64,000 bases of DNA from Antedon mediterranea. Taxonomy: Eukaryota; Animalia; Echinodermata. The notes under the pieces are model-generated. The model searched no databases, had not been told where the DNA came from, and worked only from the letters and a program-made list of their open reading frames with translations. The translations under genes were made by a program, and so were the position numbers. Location: contig NC_092677.1 of the NCBI RefSeq assembly GCF_964355755.1, positions 7,772,101-7,836,100 of the forward strand, in the 5' to 3' direction. Below, piece by piece: positions 10,867-24,257 of the stretch. Every line of letters starts with the position of its first letter. Position 1 is the first letter of the stretch.

Positions 10867-13800
10867 ATGTTCAGACCAACTTTTCGGCGCAGTGAAGAGG
10901 GTGCCTTAATTCTTGAAGATACATCTGCTGCTGTAGTATTTAACAGCTTGAGAAAACGACCAACTGGCAAGTGTCTAACTCCTGATGATGTACGCCAAGA
11001 TGCCTTGAAGGAGGTGTGCAGGCTGGGTGGAAACACCAAAGATGAATGTGATGTGTTGGGCTGCTACAAGTTTCAGCATAGTAAATACAGTGGACAAACA
11101 TTCAAGTGGATGGTCGAAAATGTACTGGAATATGCAGTATGTTTTGTTATTAAAATGGCTAATGAAATTCCAAGTACAAGTTCACTTAGTATTAACAAAT
11201 TCAACTTTAAGAGGTACTTGGAGTCTTTCCCAGAAGGCAAAGAAGCCATAGCAATGAAAGAAATAAAACGCCGCAGGAAATGCCCAACTAGACAGACATC
11301 GTACATACCTGTTGGTATTAAGCTACAAAAGGTTGAGGATGTCACAGATGAAACACTTTCTGGTACTGATGTCTTTGATGCTTCTTTGCAACCATCAACC
11401 TCATATGCACCAGGTAAGACTTATTCCATATTTGTGTTTTTTGTGCATTTTCTAAATTACAAATTTCAGGTTTTGCATTTTTAGTGCCTGTGTATGTTGT
11501 AGGCTTGCTGGGTTTACGTTTTTTTTTATGCATTCATTTATACTCAATCATAAAATCGTGTTGTTTAAATACATTGTTTTATAGCATACTGTAGATAGCG
11601 AATGAAGTAGTAGTTTACTGCTAAATATTCTTTAATTTTCCGTCTTACAGCTCAACCAAATACATCTTATGAACCTGTTAGTACTATGCCATCCACTACA
11701 ATAACTATCAAACAGAGTGAAGGTAGTTTATTTCAGTGTAATTTTAATTATTTTGTTTGATTTTTAAAACTAGAAAATGAAAATTACATAATGTAGTTTC
11801 ATAAATTATACAATTTTGTTTTGGTTTTTCTTGCAGATTGTCTCATACCAGATAAATGGAAGAAGAACTTGCCCGAGATCGATCAGCAGTGGATTTCAAA
11901 AACCTTATTCAAGAAATCGAAGAAGGGGACTGCAGAGTTGGATTCAACTAAACTCAAACAACTTTGGTATTATCCACCTCAACCGGATCCGCTCAACAAA
12001 AACATACCCATGGCCAACAGTTACTTCGGTCATCGTCTTCTTCTTTGGTTGCCCCGCAAGACTTGGCAGGTCAAGCTGGTCTGCCCTCGGCCAGAATGCA
12101 AGAGCTATCCACTAACATCAGGCGGCCTCCATGGAATCGTTCGTCCGGTCCTGGATTTAGACTGCCACTACTTTCTTGCAACAGAGCAACTGAGGTGCTC
12201 TAATTGCAAACAAAGACAAATTGGCTGGAGTGAAAACATTTTAAAGCAACTTGATTTAGAACATCGCCTTCAGTTTCCTGTTGTACTTTCGTATCACTTG
12301 GCCTGCGACAACCGGGTCCTGCAGCTTCTAAAGTACCGCGGTCTCGGTAACAGTCCATCACAGCTTCGCCAACAAGTCTTAGAACAACACACAAGGCGGT
12401 GGAATGAGAGAGTGGCTCTCTACTTAGAAAATTGCAAGAAGTTCTGTGGTTCTCGTGATGATTATGTCATTGCTGCTTCTAAATTTGATGAGGTGTCTAA
12501 AATGATTCCTGTTCCCTCTGTCCAATGGTTCCTTACCATCTACTGCAACGAAGTAATGGGAAGAATCGACGAACTCAAGGCTTCTATCACATCGACGTTC
12601 GGAAGAGTGTTGAAGATTGACTCGACCAAAAGGGTAAATAATTTATAAACAATACTATTTCTGCAATTTACTTTTAATTATTTTAATTTTTTTTTTTTTG
12701 CAGATTGTGGGGAAGCTTTCTTCCGAATAAATTTGTTTGGGTTTTTTTGCAGATTGTAAGGAAGCTAGCCGGTCGTGCATGTGGAACAGGAGCGTGGGCA
12801 ACAAACGTCGGAAATGAGTACGGCCAGGTGCTCATTACAGTCCTGACTGCTGCAGAAGGATGTGGCTTAAACAACATGACAAACGGCATCATTAACCGAT
12901 ATGCTTTGGCAGGCGTACCTCCTCCCGAGATTCTCTACGTCGACCGTGACTGCTGCGGTCATTCAAGCATAAGGAAGATGTTCAGCGCCTGGCCTGACAT
13001 GAAAATTCGTCTGGACATCTGGCACTTCATGAGGAGAATTGCTGCAGCTTGTTCAACAGAATCACATCAGTTGTATCCGATATTTCTCAAACGTCTTTCC
13101 GCTTGCATTTTTGAGTGGAGCGCTGACGATGTTGAACGTCTGAAGCTCGCCAAGCGTGAACAGCTCATTGCAAGCAAGAAGCATTCCAACCCAACAGACG
13201 ACATCATATTGAAAAACATCAGCAAGAAGGAGTATGCTTTACATTGTCGCAGGACAACACGAGGGACTCGCGAGACTGCCAACCTAATCCGAGAGCTGCT
13301 GACTTCCCTCGATGGTGAAGAAGGCCGTGACACAATGGGCGTCCCACTCTTAGACTCTGAACAGACCTGGGATATCTGGAGCTCACAAGAGCGACACATC
13401 GCCTGCATCCAGGATCCAGAAGGCATCCCGCTCTACACAAAAACCAGTGAGATGCTTAAGGGTGGAGTTACCTTGCCAGTATATCGTTGCGCAAGAGGCT
13501 CCACTTCTTTGGAATCGTTTCATCTTCATCTTAACAGGTTTATTCCAGGTACAGTATTACTTTTTATTTGGTATCTACCAAATCTTCAAACCGATCTACA
13601 GATTTTTGTATTATTTCATTATTATGGATGTTTTATTTTTTTCTCAGGTGAGCGTGCTAGCGACTTACATTTCCAAGCTTACCTGATGGATGGACTTGTT
13701 CGATGGAATGCAAACCGTGCACTAGCCGCTACCCAGTCTGGAGGACCCATCTCCAGTACATATAGTGGACTGCATCAGCATGCTCTCAACATACTGGCAG

Positions 13801-15469
13801 AGCAAGTGATTGGCAAAAAAGTGTACAAAAGTTTTATCATTCCAAACAAGTACACTGGAGAACTCATCGGAGTGGAGTACCTGTACAACCAGTCGAACAA
13901 AGTGCTCGAAACTCAATTTCCTGTCAAAACAGATACCATTTATGATGAAGACTTTGATGAAGAAATTTACACTTTTGATGTTGATGAAGGGTATGATGAC
14001 AAGACTCAACCAGACTACAAACCACCTAAGCGTTGTTTTAAACCTCGAAATGCTAAAGAACCCTCACCACCCCAGCTGGAGCCCTTGCCTTCATGTGACG
14101 ATAATGATGATGATGATGGTGAAGGAAAAGCAGCCCTTTTTGACACAGTGAGTTAAATTTGTATCATTAGCTTCTACCTCACAAATTTTGTTTCTGTTTT
14201 GAAATACAATGCACGAGTCTGATTATATATTTTGTTTTCATATTTTACAATTTAGGAACTTGAGGATTCCACTGGACCGGACAACATTCCAGGCTACGCC
14301 AAAGTTGAAGCCCTGGCAGACTACCTTATGCAGTTTAAGGAAGACAGTGGAGTGATAAGTCAAAGTCATGCTGAACATGTCGCAAAGTTGTGGAACAACC
14401 TGGATGCTTATGACAAAACCATTAAGCGCAAAGCACGGCATCAAGATTACCTGACGAAAGGCAGGTTCAAGAAAAGTAAAACTACTTCCGTAATACCTGG
14501 TGTCGAAAGCACTCGACGGTAAGGCAGTTTCCAGCGTTTTTTACTTTGTTGCATGATGTGTCTTAAATCTAACTTGTTTCTTTGTTTTTTTTTTAAAAGA
14601 TGCTTCTTAGGTCAGAACACCGGGCCAGCTCAGTGGCCGGACTGCAATCGATATATGGAGTGCATTATTACAAAACTATGTGAAGCGTATCCATCTACCG
14701 TATCTATCGAAGGTAAACGTTTCCAGCGCTGGCCGCTCATTACCAAAGGCTACAAGAACATTCGTCGGAAAGTGCTATCGAATGGACACCTGATGTTGTT
14801 TGCTAAGCTTCAGTTGATGGAGATAAATCGTACGACACTCATCCAGTGGTGAGTTTTTACTTGTTATTGATTGTTATTTTACGCTACAGTAAATACATTA
14901 AAGTTTTTAAATACTGTGTTTGATTTATTTTCAACAGGTACAACAGAACGTCAAAGAAGCAAGAGCGGCAAGTGTTGGAATCTGGCATCTCGGCAACAAT
15001 ACCCAAACTTGTCTCTGATAAAACCCTACTTGAACCTTTAACCAAGCCAGCGGTGCTAAACGTTCATACAAGCGCTCCATCTTTCACATTTGTCCTACCA
15101 AAAAACACTTCCGGCCTAGCGACTCTAGGAAACAGACCGTCGATCCCAGTTCCTGGCGAGATAGCAAAACCACCACCGTCAGTCCCTGAGGCTAGCAGTA
15201 CTCGTATTCCTAGAACTACCCTCTTGTACAGAAAACGAGTGGCTAAAGACATATCGGAAGGGAAACCGATCAAAATATACAAACCAAGAACGTCTGCGAT
15301 TGTGTGCTCAAAGTGTAAGCAACCAAGATTAAATAAGAACCACACTCAGTACTATGGAAATTGGTATTGTGCTGCAACATCTGATGTGACTTTTAAAGAA
15401 TGGAAATCGGCTATGGTTGCCATCCGTCGCCTTCGTCAAGAGAGGAAAAAAAAGCAGCAAAAAGAATGA
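10867..15469 (+). CDS. ~1251-aa DUF6729-like protein with DDE transposase-like core, copy 1
   Basis: Coding exons 10867-11413, 11651-11722, 11837-12633, 12753-13548, 13648-14147, 14256-14518, 14600-14848 and 14938-15469. All introns are GT-AG, phases match, total 3756 nt. Motifs: CPRPEC..CSNC Zn cluster, KIDST, LYVDRDCC, LDIWHFMRR, RGSTSLESFH, C-terminal CSKC..H..C. The DUF6729 label is from recognition, not a search. Confidence 0.85.
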
Positions 15470-16701
15470 TTCCAAATGATTGTTGTAGCCATGGATAGTT
15501 TTTATACTGTTTCGTATATCTTCAATTTTTATTTGTTCTGTGATTTTATATTCACTTTTTACAAAATATTTGTATTTTATGCAATTTGGCCATTGGGCCA
15601 CCATATCTAATGGTATTCTGAATGTGCAGTAAAGTTAATAATAATAATAAAAAAAAAAAGTTTTTAATGCTGCCAAATCCAAAGAGCAATAATTAATGTT
15701 GTAAATTATTTTGTAATTTTTATAAATTACATTCAGTTTTAATTATTACATTATAATTTACATTATATCATTCATTGCACTTTGTATTTGAAGGTCCCAA
15801 GCCCTTACAAAAAAAGCAGAGGGGAAACTTTTGCAGTTGAGTGTACATTAAATGGTGAATTCTATATTCTTGTCAAGACTATTTCCTTAGTAGTGTAAAT
15901 TCTCAACTATTTTATATTTATTTCAAGAGCAATTCCACTACAATTCATTTTGATGTGAATCAAATAATTCATTCCACCAATTCTAATAATATATTTTGAT
16001 AATAACTCATACTATAGAGGTTATTATCCAGTAACCTTCAGTTACTCCTCTTACAGTTACACATATCCTATGATACCATGTGGCCTAGAAAAAAAGCCCC
16101 AGACAAAGTTAACGGTAATTTTGTCTACATTTTTGAAAAAGGCTGACTTATCAAACTACTTGGAATATGGTTGGCCAATCAGAAGTCAGGGTGGGTTTTT
16201 TAAATAGTTACATAGTATTTAACATATATATACAATTTTGATTGACAATTGTTCACACCCTAAAAACACAACAAAAAACGTCTCGTCATATTAAAAGAAC
16301 TAACGATTAATACAACATACATATTGTAGTCGAATTTACCGTGTTTTAAAAAACAAAATTCATGTACTGTAGTACAAGGATTTTTCGAAAATTGGATGAA
16401 AAAAATGTCGACTTTCTCAACTTTTAACAAAAAATTTAAGTCTTATTATTCTATTATTTAATATTTTTATTCATTTAATACATCGATCATGTGATAAACC
16501 CCTAAAATTGACAGTTTTTAGTATGCCGGTATTCAAAACAACCTCCTAGATTCTTGGGTCCCATTGGCCAATTGTCTAGTTTCCTCATTATCTAATGACC
16601 CAGTCCAATTCAGTTTTAATGACCCCACATGGCTCTGTCCATTTCTTGTCCATTTATTTTTGCGTTCTTTACCGTTTCGAGTGAGAAGATTGAGTTGTAC
16701 C

Positions 16702-19700
16702 CTATGCGCTACAAATAACCCAATATGTGCTGTAGAATTGGACAATGAATTGAACAACTGATTGACCAATCAGAGCAGCGGAAAGCGTTCCAAAAGTTGA
16801 ACAATCAGAGCACTGAAAAGTGACGTAATCAGGGCATTAGAAAAATTGTTCCAAATTTGTCATTTTGACCAATCAGAACACTGAAAAGTGACGTAATTAA
16901 TATGTGACTTCAACAAGTTTTTCACAACACAAACAATGATGAGATTTTGTCCAGAGACTTACATGCGACAACATCTTTTTACAAATCCTCTAGACTTATT
17001 ATTATTAATTTCAAGGCGAATTCTGGTAGTAGCTGTATTCAACTCGAACGTGTACTTGCATTAAAGGTAAGAGCGAAATTGATTTCATGCTTGAAATCGG
17101 CATTTAAAGTGTTGATAACTTGTTTGGTCTAGGCCTAGCCATAGTCAATAGAAACTATGCCATGGCCTAGCAAATGTGTTTGTATGGGTGCCGACGCTAA
17201 TTCTTGTTGGCGGTAGTCTGCTCTGTGTGTGGTAAAATGCATTTGCTATTATTACTTATCCCCCTAATTACCAGTAGGCCTACATATATTTCATAAAGTA
17301 TTAACAATAACGCATGCCTTTATAGGTTAGTTAGGGTTAGATAGTGTCACTCGACACTTACTTTAATTAATGTATTTACTAGGCCTATATAGCCTAGGCC
17401 TAGCTAGTAGGCTAGATAGAAAGACCTCTAGGTAGGCCTAGATCTTTTTTGGTTGCCATGAATTGTAAGTCAAACCATGGGCCTGTAAGTGCTAGGCCCT
17501 AGTAAGATGCTACCTACTTAGGGCTCCCTGTTATTTTTTTTCTTCAAAACTTACTACAGTAGTTTAGACTAGGCCTAGGCTAGTATTTATCGTAGAACCA
17601 TCCCATAGTAAATAAATTTAGTTTAAAGTAATTAAGCTATTCTTTAAAGTTTAATTTATTTAATATTTTAACAATCCTACTACTAGTTAGACTAGCCTAT
17701 GTACCCTGTAATAGATTTTAGGCCTAAACATAATTTTAAACTATAAACAACTAAATGTGTGCTGTATCAGAATAGCATCCATGGGAAACAGACTAAAGCC
17801 TTGTTCACATGTCAACCCTTTTAATTGATAGATAAACAATTTAACTTTTATTATAATGATTGTTTAATTAAGTGTAGGCTTCAACTCTTTGATCTAAAGC
17901 ATTCGTTTAATTAGGCAATCAACTGTATTTGTGGATTTAGATAAGATTCTCAAATAATTTGATTGCATTAAAGGAAGTGCTCAGGGATCAAAGAGTTGAT
18001 ACATACACTGTTTAATAAACAAAGATTATTCAGTTTACTCTAATTTATGTTGTAATTCTTTATATAGTTTTCTTAATTGAAAAAAAAACATAATTATTCA
18101 TATGTAATATTTTCTTAATTTAATTTAGATAAAATAGTTTGTTCTTAGTAGATATGTTTTAATGCTATATGTAATTCATTTTATTAATATTTTACATTTA
18201 AAGTCTTGGTCTACTATTAATTATTACTTGAGAAATTTTAACCCACAGATATTTTATTTTATTTAGATTTGATTTTCTTTTATTTACAGCCATTTACTAC
18301 AACTGCACGGTGCACAGTGGCATTATACGGGTAAAATTTTCTTTTTTACATACTTTACTTACATATATTTTTGCCTTTGATCAGTTTTTTTAGTTTTGCA
18401 GGTGTTCAATAGACAGTACAGTATGTTCAGACCAACTTTTCGGCGCAGTGAAGAGGGTGCCTTAATTCTTGAAGATACATCTGCTGCTGTAGTATTTAAC
18501 AGCTTGAGAAAACGACCAACTGGCAAGTGTCTAACTCCTGATGATGTACGCCAAGATGCCTTGAAGGAGGTGTGCAGGCTGGGTGGAAACACCAAAGATG
18601 AATGTGATGTGTTGGGCTGCTACAAGTTTCAGCATAGTAAATACAGTGGACAAACATTCAAGTGGATGGTCGAAAATGTACTGGAATATGCAGTATGTTT
18701 TGTTATTAAAATGGCTAATGAAATTCCAAGTACAAGTTCACTTAGTATTAACAAATTCAACTTTAAGAGGTACTTGGAGTCTTTCCCAGAAGGCAAAGAA
18801 GCCATAGCAATGAAAGAAATAAAACGCCGCAGGAAATGCCCAACTAGACAGACATCGTACATACCTGTTGGTATTAAGCTACAAAAGGTTGAGGATGTCA
18901 CAGATGAAACACTTTCTGGTACTGATGTCTTTGATGCTTCTTTGCAACCATCAACCTCATATGCACCAGGTAAGACTTATTCCATATTTGTGTTTTTTGT
19001 GCATTTTCTAAATTACAAATTTCAGGTTTTGCATTTTTAGTGCCTGTGTATGTTGTAGGCTTGCTGGGTTTACGTTTTTTTTTATGCATTCATTTATACT
19101 CAATCATAAAATCGTGTTGTTTAAATACATTGTTTTATAGCATACTGTAGATAGCGAATGAAGTAGTAGTTTACTGCTAAATATTCTTTAATTTTCCGTC
19201 TTACAGCTCAACCAAATACATCTTATGAACCTGTTAGTACTATGCCATCCACTACAATAACTATCAAACAGAGTGAAGGTAGTTTATTTCAGTGTAATTT
19301 TAATTATTTTGTTTGATTTTTAAAACTAGAAAATGAAAATTACATAATGTAGTTTCATAAATTATACAATTTTGTTTTGGTTTTTCTTGCAGATTGTCTC
19401 ATACCAGATAAATGGAAGAAGAACTTGCCCGAGATCGATCAGCAGTGGATTTCAAAAACCTTATTCAAGAAATCGAAGAAGGGGACTGCAGAGTTGGATT
19501 CAACTAAACTCAAACAACTTTGGTATTATCCACCTCAACCGGATCCGCTCAACAAAAACATACCCATGGCCAACAGTTACTTCGGTCATCGTCTTCTTCT
19601 TTGGTTGCCCCGCAAGACTTGGCAGGTCAAGCTGGTCTGCCCTCGGCCAGAATGCAAGAGCTATCCACTAACATCAGGCGGCCTCCATGGAATCGTTCGT

Positions 19701-22700
19701 CCGGTCCTGGATTTAGACTGCCACTACTTTCTTGCAACAGAGCAACTGAGGTGCTCTAATTGCAAACAAAGACAAATTGGCTGGAGTGAAAACATTTTAA
19801 AGCAACTTGATTTAGAACATCGCCTTCAGTTTCCTGTTGTACTTTCGTATCACTTGGCCTGCGACAACCGGGTCCTGCAGCTTCTAAAGTACCGCGGTCT
19901 CGGTAACAGTCCATCACAGCTTCGCCAACAAGTCTTAGAACAACACACAAGGCGGTGGAATGAGAGAGTGGCTCTCTACTTAGAAAATTGCAAGAAGTTC
20001 TGTGGTTCTCGTGATGATTATGTCATTGCTGCTTCTAAATTTGATGAGGTGTCTAAAATGATTCCTGTTCCCTCTGTCCAATGGTTCCTTACCATCTACT
20101 GCAACGAAGTAATGGGAAGAATCGACGAACTCAAGGCTTCTATCACATCGACGTTCGGAAGAGTGTTGAAGATTGACTCGACCAAAAGGGTAAATAATTT
20201 ATAAACAATACTATTTCTGCAATTTACTTTTAATTATTTTAATTTTTTTTTTTTTGCAGATTGTGGGGAAGCTTTCTTCCGAATAAATTTGTTTGGGTTT
20301 TTTTGCAGATTGTAAGGAAGCTAGCCGGTCGTGCATGTGGAACAGGAGCGTGGGCAACAAACGTCGGAAATGAGTACGGCCAGGTGCTCATTACAGTCCT
20401 GACTGCTGCAGAAGGATGTGGCTTAAACAACATGACAAACGGCATCATTAACCGATATGCTTTGGCAGGCGTACCTCCTCCCGAGATTCTCTACGTCGAC
20501 CGTGACTGCTGCGGTCATTCAAGCATAAGGAAGATGTTCAGCGCCTGGCCTGACATGAAAATTCGTCTGGACATCTGGCACTTCATGAGGAGAATTGCTG
20601 CAGCTTGTTCAACAGAATCACATCAGTTGTATCCGATATTTCTCAAACGTCTTTCCGCTTGCATTTTTGAGTGGAGCGCTGACGATGTTGAACGTCTGAA
20701 GCTCGCCAAGCGTGAACAGCTCATTGCAAGCAAGAAGCATTCCAACCCAACAGACGACATCATATTGAAAAACATCAGCAAGAAGGAGTATGCTTTACAT
20801 TGTCGCAGGACAACACGAGGGACTCGCGAGACTGCCAACCTAATCCGAGAGCTGCTGACTTCCCTCGATGGTGAAGAAGGCCGTGACACAATGGGCGTCC
20901 CACTCTTAGACTCTGAACAGACCTGGGATATCTGGAGCTCACAAGAGCGACACATCGCCTGCATCCAGGATCCAGAAGGCATCCCGCTCTACACAAAAAC
21001 CAGTGAGATGCTTAAGGGTGGAGTTACCTTGCCAGTATATCGTTGCGCAAGAGGCTCCACTTCTTTGGAATCGTTTCATCTTCATCTTAACAGGTTTATT
21101 CCAGGTACAGTATTACTTTTTATTTGGTATCTACCAAATCTTCAAACCGATCTACAGATTTTTGTATTATTTCATTATTATGGATGTTTTATTTTTTTCT
21201 CAGGTGAGCGTGCTAGCGACTTACATTTCCAAGCTTACCTGATGGATGGACTTGTTCGATGGAATGCAAACCGTGCACTAGCCGCTACCCAGTCTGGAGG
21301 ACCCATCTCCAGTACATATAGTGGACTGCATCAGCATGCTCTCAACATACTGGCAGAGCAAGTGATTGGCAAAAAAGTGTACAAAAGTTTTATCATTCCA
21401 AACAAGTACACTGGAGAACTCATCGGAGTGGAGTACCTGTACAACCAGTCGAACAAAGTGCTCGAAACTCAATTTCCTGTCAAAACAGATACCATTTATG
21501 ATGAAGACTTTGATGAAGAAATTTACACTTTTGATGTTGATGAAGGGTATGATGACAAGACTCAACCAGACTACAAACCACCTAAGCGTTGTTTTAAACC
21601 TCGAAATGCTAAAGAACCCTCACCACCCCAGCTGGAGCCCTTGCCTTCATGTGACGATAATGATGATGATGATGGTGAAGGAAAAGCAGCCCTTTTTGAC
21701 ACAGTGAGTTAAATTTGTATCATTAGCTTCTACCTCACAAATTTTGTTTCTGTTTTGAAATACAATGCACGAGTCTGATTATATATTTTGTTTTCATATT
21801 TTACAATTTAGGAACTTGAGGATTCCACTGGACCGGACAACATTCCAGGCTACGCCAAAGTTGAAGCCCTGGCAGACTACCTTATGCAGTTTAAGGAAGA
21901 CAGTGGAGTGATAAGTCAAAGTCATGCTGAACATGTCGCAAAGTTGTGGAACAACCTGGATGCTTATGACAAAACCATTAAGCGCAAAGCACGGCATCAA
22001 GATTACCTGACGAAAGGCAGGTTCAAGAAAAGTAAAACTACTTCCGTAATACCTGGTGTCGAAAGCACTCGACGGTAAGGCAGTTTCCAGCGTTTTTTAC
22101 TTTGTTGCATGATGTGTCTTAAATCTAACTTGTTTCTTTGTTTTTTTTTTAAAAGATGCTTCTTAGGTCAGAACACCGGGCCAGCTCAGTGGCCGGACTG
22201 CAATCGATATATGGAGTGCATTATTACAAAACTATGTGAAGCGTATCCATCTACCGTATCTATCGAAGGTAAACGTTTCCAGCGCTGGCCGCTCATTACC
22301 AAAGGCTACAAGAACATTCGTCGGAAAGTGCTATCGAATGGACACCTGATGTTGTTTGCTAAGCTTCAGTTGATGGAGATAAATCGTACGACACTCATCC
22401 AGTGGTGAGTTTTTACTTGTTATTGATTGTTATTTTACGCTACAGTAAATACATTAAAGTTTTTAAATACTGTGTTTGATTTATTTTCAACAGGTACAAC
22501 AGAACGTCAAAGAAGCAAGAGCGGCAAGTGTTGGAATCTGGCATCTCGGCAACAATACCCAAACTTGTCTCTGATAAAACCCTACTTGAACCTTTAACCA
22601 AGCCAGCGGTGCTAAACGTTCATACAAGCGCTCCATCTTTCACATTTGTCCTACCAAAAAACACTTCCGGCCTAGCGACTCTAGGAAACAGACCGTCGAT

Positions 22701-24257
22701 CCCAGTTCCTGGCGAGATAGCAAAACCACCACCGTCAGTCCCTGAGGCTAGCAGTACTCGTATTCCTAGAACTACCCTCTTGTACAGAAAACGAGTGGCT
22801 AAAGACATATCGGAAGGGAAACCGATCAAAATATACAAACCAAGAACGTCTGCGATTGTGTGCTCAAAGTGTAAGCAACCAAGATTAAATAAGAACCACA
22901 CTCAGTACTATGGAAATTGGTATTGTGCTGCAACATCTGATGTGACTTTTAAAGAATGGAAATCGGCTATGGTTGCCATCCGTCGCCTTCGTCAAGAGAG
23001 GAAAAAAAAGCAGCAAAAAGAATGATTCCAAATGATTGTTGTAGCCATGGATAGTTTTTATACTGTTTCGTATATCTTCAATTTTTATTTGTTCTGTGAT
23101 TTTATATTCACTTTTTACAAAATATTTGTATTTTATGCAATTTGGCCATTGGGCCACCATATCTAATGGTATTCTGAATGTGCAGTAAAGTTAATAATAA
23201 TAATAAAAAAAAAAAGTTTTTAATGCTGCCAAATCCAAAGAGCAATAATTAATGTTGTAAATTATTTTGTAATTTTTATAAATTACATTCAGTTTTAATT
23301 ATTACATTATAATTTACATTATATCATTCATTGCACTTTGTATTTGAAGGTCCCAAGCCCTTACAAAAAAAGCAGAGGGGAAACTTTTGCAGTTGAGTGT
23401 ACATTAAATGGTGAATTCTATATTCTTGTCAAGACTATTTCCTTAGTAGTGTAAATTCTCAACTATTTTATATTTATTTCAAGAGCAATTCCACTACAAT
23501 TCATTTTGATGTGAATCAAATAATTCATTCCACCAATTCTAATAATATATTTTGATAATAACTCATACTATAGAGGTTATTATCCAGTAACCTTCAGTTA
23601 CTCCTCTTACAGTTACACATATCCTATGATACCATGTGGCCTAGAAAAAAAGCCCCAGACAAAGTTAACGGTAATTTTGTCTACATTTTTGAAAAAGGCT
23701 GACTTATCAAACTACTTGGAATATGGTTGGCCAATCAGAAGTCAGGGTGGGTTTTTTAAATAGTTACATAGTATTTAACATATATATACAATTTTGATTG
23801 ACAATTGTTCACACCCTAAAAACACAACAAAAAACGTCTCGTCATATTAAAAGAACTAACGATTAATACAACATACATATTGTAGTCGAATTTACCGTGT
23901 TTTAAAAAACAAAATTCATGTACTGTAGTACAAGGATTTTTCGAAAATTGGATGAAAAAAATGTCGACTTTCTCAACTTTTAACAAAAAATTTAAGTCTT
24001 ATTATTCTATTATTTAATATTTTTATTCATTTAATACATCGATCATGTGATAAACCCCTAAAATTGACAGTTTTTAGTATGCCGGTATTCAAAACAACCT
24101 CCTAGATTCTTGGGTCCCATTGGCCAATTGTCTAGTTTCCTCATTATCTAATGACCCAGTCCAATTCAGTTTTAATGACCCCACATGGCTCTGTCCATTT
24201 CTTGTCCATTTATTTTTGCGTTCTTTACCGTTTCGAGTGAGAAGATTGAGTTGTACC
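16702..24257 (+). mobile_element. Putative DNA transposon unit, copy 2
   Basis: Copy 1 shifted by 7556 bp. Confidence 0.6.
18423..23025 (+). CDS. DUF6729-like transposase-like protein, copy 2
   Basis: Identical ORF translations and exon structure at +7556. Confidence 0.85.

Larger units (their letters stand above)
9146..16701 (+). mobile_element. Putative DNA transposon unit (or amplified core of a larger element), copy 1
   Basis: Contains promoter-like motifs and one intact transposase-like gene; repeated four times; no canonical TIR seen. Confidence 0.6.

Noticed and set aside
13067-15604. Antisense and alternate-frame ORFs inside the units
   Set aside because: Shadows of the main coding exons; repeated only because the unit is repeated.
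15637-15660. Poly-A tract suggesting retroposition
   Set aside because: Introns are intact and the unit continues for 1 kb; more likely a poly(A) signal within an A-rich tract.
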